Assembly (NCBI GenBank): GCA_951406725.2
Contig: OX597836.1
Location: forward strand, 186,001 to 250,000
Direction of reading: 5' to 3'
DNA: 64,000 nucleotides
DNA from: Octopus vulgaris
Lineage: Eukaryota
The notes under the pieces were generated by a model. It saw only the letters and a list, made by a program, of their open reading frames with translations. It did not search any database and had not been told where the DNA came from. A program made the position numbers and the translations under genes. Positions 51,701 through 60,700 of the stretch are shown here, one piece after another (position 1 is the stretch's first letter; each line of letters begins with the position of its first letter).

Positions 51701-54700
51701 AGTATTACCAAGTAAACCACAGCAGGATTAGAACTCGGAATGCAAAGAACCAGAACAAATGCCATAAAGCATCTGGTCTGCCATTCTACTGCCAAGGATT
51801 GGTACTTTTTCAAACCAAAATGATCTTACGTCTCTCAAAAATCCTCCAATATAATAAGGTTGTGTAACTTGATTTTTATGATTCAATATTTGTAAAAATT
51901 ATCCAATTTGTAATCAAGCAGGAAATAAAGGTAAAAACACCCAGAAATGAAATATGTGTGCAATGCACAAGAAGAAAAAAGAAAAGCGAAGTTGGTACCT
52001 TCCGATCTGTACAGTTGGGTCGGTAGCATAAACAACACCCTTGAAACCAGAATATTCTGTGATGTAAGGAAGAGCCAACATACAAGTGTAGTTAGAGATG
52101 AGGATAACATCAACCTGTGACAAATTAACCATACGAGTCTGAAAATTAGAGAAATCAAATATCAAAATTACAATCATCACCAATCAACACCATTAATTCT
52201 TTAATATCCAGGGGAGGAGTTTCAATTTAAATGGATTAGAGGAGTCTCCTACACAATATCCCAGCATTTAGTTGAACTTTTTGTGTCTCATTTCATTTAA
52301 ATTGCAACCATTTATCATTTCAAAAATGAGTAATCTGTTTATAGTTAACATAACTCACAGAAAGCAAAGGCAATACATAAAGAGGTAATTTTCATGTTAT
52401 GTGTTCAGAGCAGAAGTTCCCAGCTATGTACCATCATCGCCGAATTTTTTAAATCGATCTACTTCCAGTTTTTTTTCTTTTTTCTAATATTTGGATAATT
52501 AAAATAAATCTATTCCAATAAAAGCATACTTAAAAAGGCTTCATATAATTTTGAAAGTTCTCTGGAGAAAATATCCCTCAGTTGTTGTTTGTAGTAAATG
52601 TATTGATGTAATGTATTGTGGCATTTATTATGCTTATTGTCAGTTGTGTAACATATTCATGAACATTTTTGATTCGATCAAATATTTAAAACCTAAAAAA
52701 ATTGGTCTTTGCAACCCTTTCAGAATTTAAGAAGAAACCAATTTTGGTTACAACCCACAGATTGAGAATATTAATCTCAGGCAACCAATTTGGCAGAGAC
52801 CCACTCCTAGCATTTGAACTTAGCTTCTTCTGCTGACTTGCGTCACACAGGATGATGAGCAAGTCATGCTTCCCTTTAATTATAAGATTTGACTGTTGCA
52901 GTTCTTATCATGATGGTCTTTCTAAGTTAATAATGAAGGACCCGTCAAGTATCTCAAGCTTTTCCAAGCAAGAGACTGCGGTTGAGAATCCTGAAGAAAT
53001 CTTCTTGGTGTAAGTCTTTAAAGGCAGTTGAAGATGTAAACTCTAACAGCCTTAATATTCAGGTGAGATGCAATACTCCTACTCCAAGTGTTATTTGCTT
53101 TGAAAGAAACAATGGAACAATTCCACGGAAGTCCTATCATCATGTCATCAACAAAAGAAGAAACTCAATACTCGGGATAGACATGCTCTTCCCAGGAATA
53201 GTGTTTGTTGGGTTTCTTACCATCATCTGTCCTTAAAGTAGAAGCAACACTAACAAGATTCATGCGGAATTCTCAGTTGTAGTCTCTTGCTTGAAGTAGC
53301 CCCAAAACAATGAAAGTTAAGTTGACCTTAGAAGTGAAGTAAACTTCCGTAATGAAATAATACCAGGCTGTATTGTCCGAAGGTCTACTAATTCTGCCAA
53401 TTCACTGCCTATTAACCTAAAAATATCTTCCATTCATTTTATACTTTTTTAATACCCTTCATATCAAAGGATCAATCAAATATTTCTTTTCTGTTTTATA
53501 TAACTAAATATGGACTGATGTTTTAAAATAATAATTCTTTTATTTTCAGAGAAAATAACTTCAAATGAAAAAAAAAGGCATTGGAGGTGTGATGTGTATC
53601 CTGTGTGCACACAAGGATAAAATAAAATTTAATTCAATATATTCTCATACGAATTCATATTTCAACAAAATGACATCAACAGTTAGATATCCTCTGCATA
53701 TTGCTTATGCATATGTAAACAAAGAAAAAAAGACATTTTGATTCAGCCGTCTGCCAGTTTTGAAAATAATCAAACCAAAATCAATAAGTTCAAGCCACTC
53801 AACCAATGAATATTTCTGCCAGATTTGGTGAAAATCCATTCACCCCTTTCCCAGTAATATTGCAAACCCACAGATAAAGACGAGCGGCTATAATACCCTA
53901 CGTTCAGGGTAATTAGCTATTTAAGTTATATTTCAATATTGTTCGTTAGCATGCTTCTAAATGAACCTTTTTAACTTAGCATCACAAGTGCATAAAAATC
54001 ATAACCATTGCAGTTTGTGAGGGAACAGAAATAATAATTCAAGGATATAAATAATATAATACAAATATTAGTTTTATAAATAGATATCATATTTATAAAA
54101 AAAGATATCTCAACTAAAGTATATAACACATCACTTTTAAAGTGCAATGTTAGTGAGTTTAATAAATTAAAAAAACAAGACTATTTCTACACAATCAAAT
54201 TAATTACCTCTGGAGGTAGAAATTCCAAAGTGCCATCCACAAATACACGACCACCACATTCCTTTAGTTCTTTACTCTGGAAGAAGGAAAACATTTTTAG
54301 AGGAAAGATATCATTTACATAGGATTAGAATTCATAGCTAATAAAGGAAAACTTTAATAAAATTTGAGAATTCATCACTTTAAAAACATTCTTTATACTC
54401 GAGTGCCTTTGTTGTTGTCGCCAGCACCTTTGTTCTTTGGTTGACATTCTGCCACTTATCCTGACTCATCCCCTGTAGTCCAGTATCCTGAAATCAACTT
54501 TTGCCAGTTTTCCTCATGGCTTCCTTTTCCCCTGATTACTTCAAAGATCACGTAGCAATCCTCTAACCATCCAACTTAGTGCAGTCTTCTCCCTTGTTCA
54601 CAAGGATTTCTCTGGTTACCAGTTTTTACTGCTCAATGCATGCAAACATAACACATCCAGCAATGCAAGTTCACCTCATTTTTGGCTAATATTTACTTTC

Positions 54701-57700
54701 ATTTACATAATTAACAATATTAGGTTATAAAGAAAAAAAGTATAATCAAGTATAAAACTAAAGCATGGTGATCTAAATATGTTCTGAAAAAGAAAAGAAA
54801 TAAATAATTTGAAACATATTCGTTCATTTTCTGACTTACCACATCCCTTTGTAACTGTGTTGGTTGGTTGTTTGGAGGAGTCCAGTTGGGTAAGTTATCA
54901 AACTTAGAACTGAAAAGAAATTTGAAAAATAACGGATTTCCATTGAAGACTGAAAGACATTATAATATTGTTATGGCAAGAATCATGACACCCCCTGTGA
55001 GAATGGACTAGCTGAACTTGTGTAAATAGTAGCATGTTTGACTGAGCGTGAGAAATGAGAAATTGCAGGAAGTTAAAAAGTGTCGTTTGTGAGTTCGTAG
55101 AGACACAGGATATTGTTGAGAAGTTGTTATAGTTTGTTGAGAGTTGTTTTGGATTGGTTTCAGTTGTTGGCAAGGTATTTGGGAATACATCAAAAGTGAC
55201 AGTTGGTGTCTACCTCATTACATGGTACCATATATCACACTGTTATAGTGTAGAATACAAAAGTGACATACAGTAATCACATTACAAAAAATAAGCACAA
55301 CCGAACGTGGGGGTGTAACCGGGTCACTTATGAGTACCCCTCATTCATTGGACAATGAACTTTGCTTGCAAAGACCTATTGAGGCAAGTGAAAACCAACC
55401 AAAATCGCTGACATGGCCGATGACAGTACCACCTGATTGGCACTCATGCCAGTGGAACATTAAAAGCACATCCAAGTGTGATCGTTGGATTGGCTCCTGT
55501 GCTGGTGGCACATGAAAAACAACATTCGAGTGTGGTCGTTGTCCATGTCACTGCACTGGCTCCCATACAGGTAGCATGTAAAAACACCTTTTGAGCATGG
55601 GTGTGGTCGTTGTCCATGTCACTGCACTGGCTCCCATACAGGTAGCATGTAAAAACACCTTTTGAGCATGGGTGTGGTCGTTGTCCATGTCACTGCACTG
55701 GCTCCCATACAGGTAGCATGTAAAAACACCTTTTGAGCATGGGTGTGGTCGTTGTCCATGTCACTGCACTGGCTCCCATACAGGTAGCATGTAAAAACAC
55801 CTTTTGAGCATGGGTGTGGTCGTTGTCCATGTCACTGCACTGGCTCCCATACAGGTAGCATGTAAAAACACCTTTTGAGCATGGGTGTGGTCGTTGTCCA
55901 TGTCACTGCACTGGCTCCCATACAGGTAGCATGTAAAAACACCTTTTGAGCATGGGTGTGGTCGTTGTCCATGTCACTGCACTGGCTCCCATACAGGTAG
56001 CATGTAAAAACACCTTTTGAGCATGGGTGTGGTCGTTGTCCATGTCACTGCACTGGCTCCCATACAAGTAGCATGTAAAAACACCTTTTGAGCATGGGTG
56101 TGGTCGTTGTCCATGTCACTGCACTGGCTCCCATACAGGTAGCATGTAAAAACACCTTTTGAGCATGGGTGTGGTCGTTGTCCATGTCACTGCACTGGCT
56201 CCCATACAGGTAGCATGTAAAAACACCTTTTGAGCATGGGTGTGGTCGTTGTCCATGTCACTGCACTGGCTCCCATACAGGTAGCATGTAAAAACACCTT
56301 TTGAGCATGGGTGTGGTCGTTGTCCATGTCACTGCACTGGCTCCCATACAGGTAGCATGTAAAAACACCTTTTGAGCATGGGTGTGGTCGTTGTCCATGT
56401 CACTGCACTGGCTCCCATACAGGTAGCATGTAAAAACACCTTTTGAGCATGGGTGTGGTCGTTGTCCATGTCACTGCACTGGCTCCCATACAGGTAGCAT
56501 GTAAAAACACCTTTTGAGCATGGGTGTGGTCGTTGTCCATGTCACTGCACTGGCTCCCATACAGGTAGCATGTAAAAACACCTTTTGAGCATGGGTGTGG
56601 TCGTTGTCCATGTCACTGCACTGGCTCCCATACAGGTAGCATGTAAAAACACCTTTTGAGCATGGGTGTGGTCGTTGTCCATGTCACTGCACTGGCTCCC
56701 ATACAGGTAGCATGTAAAAACACCTTTTGAGCATGGGTGTGGTCGTTGTCCATGTCACTGCACTGGCTCCCATACAGGTAGCATGTAAAAACACCTTTTG
56801 AGCATGGGTGTGGTCGTTGTCCATGTCACTGCACTGGCTCCCATACAGGTAGCATGTAAAAACACCTTTTGAGCATGGGTGTGGTCGTTGTCCATGTCAC
56901 TGCACTGGCTCCCATACAGGTAGCATGTAAAAACACCTTTTGAGCATGGGTGTGGTCGTTGTCCATGTCACTGCACTGGCTCCCATACAGGTAGCATGTA
57001 AAAACACCTTTTGAGCATGGGTGTGGTCGTTGTCCATGTCACTGCACTGGCTCCCATACAGGTAGCATGTAAAAACACCTTTTGAGCATGGGTGTGGTCG
57101 TTGTCCATGTCACTGCACTGGCTCCCATACAGGTAGCATGTAAAAACACCTTTTGAGCATGGGTGCGGTCGTTGCCAGAACCGCCTGACTGGCCCTCGTG
57201 CCGGTGGCACATAAAAAGCACCCACTACACTCTTGGAGTGGTTGGCATTAGGAAGGGCATCCAGCTGTAGAAACTCTGCCAGACCAGATTGAGCCTGGTG
57301 CAGCCTCTGTCAAACTGTCCAACACATGCCAGCATGGAAAGCAGACGTTAAACGATGATGATGATGATGATACAAGATATAAATGGTTTCATCTAATGCC
57401 CAGTTTAATACTACCACCTGGCACCTGGAGAGTCTTTAACTGAATTCACTTTTGCAAATATCTGAGTAAGATTTCTGGTTGGAGGATTATTTTTACCCTC
57501 TCTTTTACTCATCTCAGAAATCCAGTGTGAATGTGAGAACATTATGGTCAATTCAACTGATCCGTGTAGGAAAGGTGCAGCCAGAGGGTAGGTGTCCTTA
57601 GAGGTAAAAAAATCCAATGGAGAGGTAGTGTCCGTCAAGGAAAAGTAAGAGTTGGTAGTGGTAGAATATAGGATCAAAGTGAGACCACATGAGCGCGTGA

Positions 57701-60700
57701 TATATAACGGGAAAGTTTACGAAAATAAACAAAAGACGAAGGCAGGTGGAGTAGAGACAAACAAATGTATTAGTATAGCGCTCAGCAATAGAAATAGAAA
57801 AAGTCTTTTATGTTTCGAGCCTACGCTCTTCGACAGAAAGATACACAGAAAAAAACAAGGAGAGAAAAAAATGTGTGTAGGAGCCAACGATCGATCATGG
57901 CGCTATACTAATACATTTGTTTGTTTGTACTCCACCTGCCTTCGTCTTTTGTTTATTTTCGTAAACTTTCCTCTTATATATATCAACATATGTTACAGAT
58001 ATGATGTCAGAGAAAATCTATTTGAGGTTAATGTGAAGTAAATAGATGTACAGTTCTGCTCTCATATGAATAAAACAGCTAAATAAGAAGAGGGATGGAA
58101 GGTGAAGGTGAAGAAGGCATGAGAATGACAGATTGGATACAGAGGCAAGGCCCAGTGTTCATATAAACACAATGTTTTTAGAACCTCCCTTTCCTTGTGA
58201 TGGAGGAGGCCTCTCAAGCATAGTAGATTAGCAACAATATCAACCTTTTGTCATTTCCTTCACAAGGCTCAACAATCTGAGGTTAGTTTTCACTTCTTTG
58301 TCCCACATCTTTCCGGGTTTTCCTTTTCCACAGGTTCCATCCACATTCAGCAATCAGTAATTATTTATGCAGCTGTCCTCATCTATACACATCACATGGC
58401 CATACCATCAGACTGCTCTCTTGTACAATACATCTGATTCCCTTTATGCCCAGTTTTTCTCAGATAAAGATGCTGTACACATACACAAGACTTGTAATAA
58501 ATAAATCACTATCATTTAATGTTCCATGTGGACATGGGTTGGATGCTTTGATGGGGTGTCCAAGAGGTCCAAAGACTGCATTATGTTCCAGTGTCAGCTT
58601 TGACATGGTTTCTACGGCTGGATTGCCCTTCCTAATACCAACCACTTTACAGAGTCTACTGGATGCTCTTCTTTCATGCCTCCAAAACAAGTGAGGTCAC
58701 CATGCAGCTTGTAAGACTATGAGACTCAAAGGAGTTGGGGAGCTTTATGCTCAGCAATGAGGGGGGCAAAGAAGATTTCTTAGTGTAGAGGAGTTACATG
58801 AGCATTCATATTTAGTAGGGAGGGTGATAAGGACCAGGTGGAACTGGAAAGAAATTATGGTGGTGATGGACCCTTCAAGGTGCATGGTGGGTAGGCATGA
58901 GTGGGAATAGAGGAATTAGGAGTGTAAGTAGATGGGGGTTGCAAGAGTACACAAGGGAGTGAGAGATGGGGAGAAAGAGAAAGGGGAAAGGAAACATGCA
59001 GCAACTATAAAGACTGGGTAGAGTGAAGGGTGGATGTAGTGAAGAGTAGATCAATGGAGAGTGGGTGACTAATGTTGCATGAGTTGAGAGAAGTAGGCAT
59101 TGCAGAAGAAAGCAAGGGAAAGTGGCAAGATAGTAATGACAATACAGTAGACAGGGGAAAGATGAGAGAGATGTTATGTGGTTGGGTAGATGGCAGTAGG
59201 GGTGAGGGAGAAAAGAGGCAAGCATAGCACCTGAGAAGAGTGAGAAACACATGATGATAGGAGAGGAGAGATGATTTAGTGGCTCAGTGTGTGAGTGATT
59301 GATGTAAAATATGGATGGAGAGAAGAGTATTAATGGAACATATGTATATATCACCATCCCCTTCCTTAATTGGAAAAAGTGAGGGTTGGTGACAGGAAGG
59401 GCATCTAGCTGTACAAAATACAACTCAATAAATTCTGTCTGATCCATGCAAGCAGGGAAAAACTGATGATGAGGAGGATGATAACATCTATATATAATGT
59501 TGCGTAGGTGAATAGAAGGACTGAATGCAGTTCCCACAATTCCAATATCATCCTCTTATACTACACTTTGGTATAGTACCAATAATGTTGCTTTGAAGAC
59601 ATTGGCAATACACATGACATAGTTCTTTTTAATTTAAGCTACAATTTTATATTTATGGAGATATACTTGCATAGCAAGTGACTTGATCAGAGATCGTGTG
59701 CTGAAACAAAAACAAATGCAGCGTGGACGGTGTTTATAATAATATAATAATAATAATAATAATAATGAAATTATTGTATACAGTGCTCAGGTGCACCACA
59801 ACTTGTAAGAGTATGTGCAGTAATGTACAAATGTCTGGAAAGCGAACAATGCATGAGTCAGATACATGCTTGTGTGTGTATGGGGGGGGAGAAAATCAGG
59901 TGTAGTGTTGGCGAATCTCAGAAAGGATGGAAGTTTTGAGGATGCAGTGTTCCGACAACTAACAACTGATGCCGGCAGTTTGTTCCATGCTTCAGCAACT
60001 CTCAGCGTGAAAAAATGTTTCCGAAAGTCATGGGAACTGTGCTGTTTTCATCCACGGGTGTTAGATGGGTGGTGTTTGAAAAGGTGCTCAGAGTTATTGT
60101 TTGTACGATGGTTGATAATTTTATGGGTGTCTGCCAAGTCAGCTGTCAGACGTCGGAGTTTCAATGTGTCCATGCCCAGGGAAGTAAGGCATTCAGGATA
60201 TGGCAAATACCTGATGGAGGGTATTCTTTTGGTTGCACGTCGCTGAACAGCTTCCAGACGATTGATATCCTGGGCAAGATAGGGGTTCCAGACTGGTGAT
60301 GCAAATTCCAGGTGAGGTCTTACCATAGCGAAAATAGCCGCAGATAGATAGTCGGAGAGTGGCTCACAAAGGATTTGGTGAGTGATGCCAAGATACCCTC
60401 AGCCTTCTTGACAATTTTAGCGATGTGTTTCGTCCAACGCAAATCACTGTCGACAATAACACCTAGGTCACGTTCACATGAAGACTTTTTGAGACTAGTG
60501 TTGTGGAGGGAGTAGGTGGAAGCTGGGTTTCTCCTCTCAAAATGCATGGTGGTACATTTGTCCACAGCCAGCTTGAGTTGCCAGTCCATGATCCACTGCT
60601 GCATTGTGTCCAGGTCTGCTTGCAATAGAGATCTATAGTGTACAGGATTTGACCTCTTTATTTCGAGGTACAGCTTGATGTCATCTGCATATTTCAGCAC

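Noticed and set aside
52790-53290. Possible coding or retroelement fragment in intron 4
   Set aside because: More complex than its surroundings, but I could not identify any motif with confidence.
55530-57162. CRISPR-like regular array
   Set aside because: The units are contiguous and identical with no unique spacers, there are no cas genes, and the context is a eukaryotic LINE 3' UTR.
58875-59537. 220-aa minus-strand ORF
   Set aside because: Low-complexity translation of purine/pyrimidine-skewed intronic sequence plus a repeat tail; no recognisable domain.
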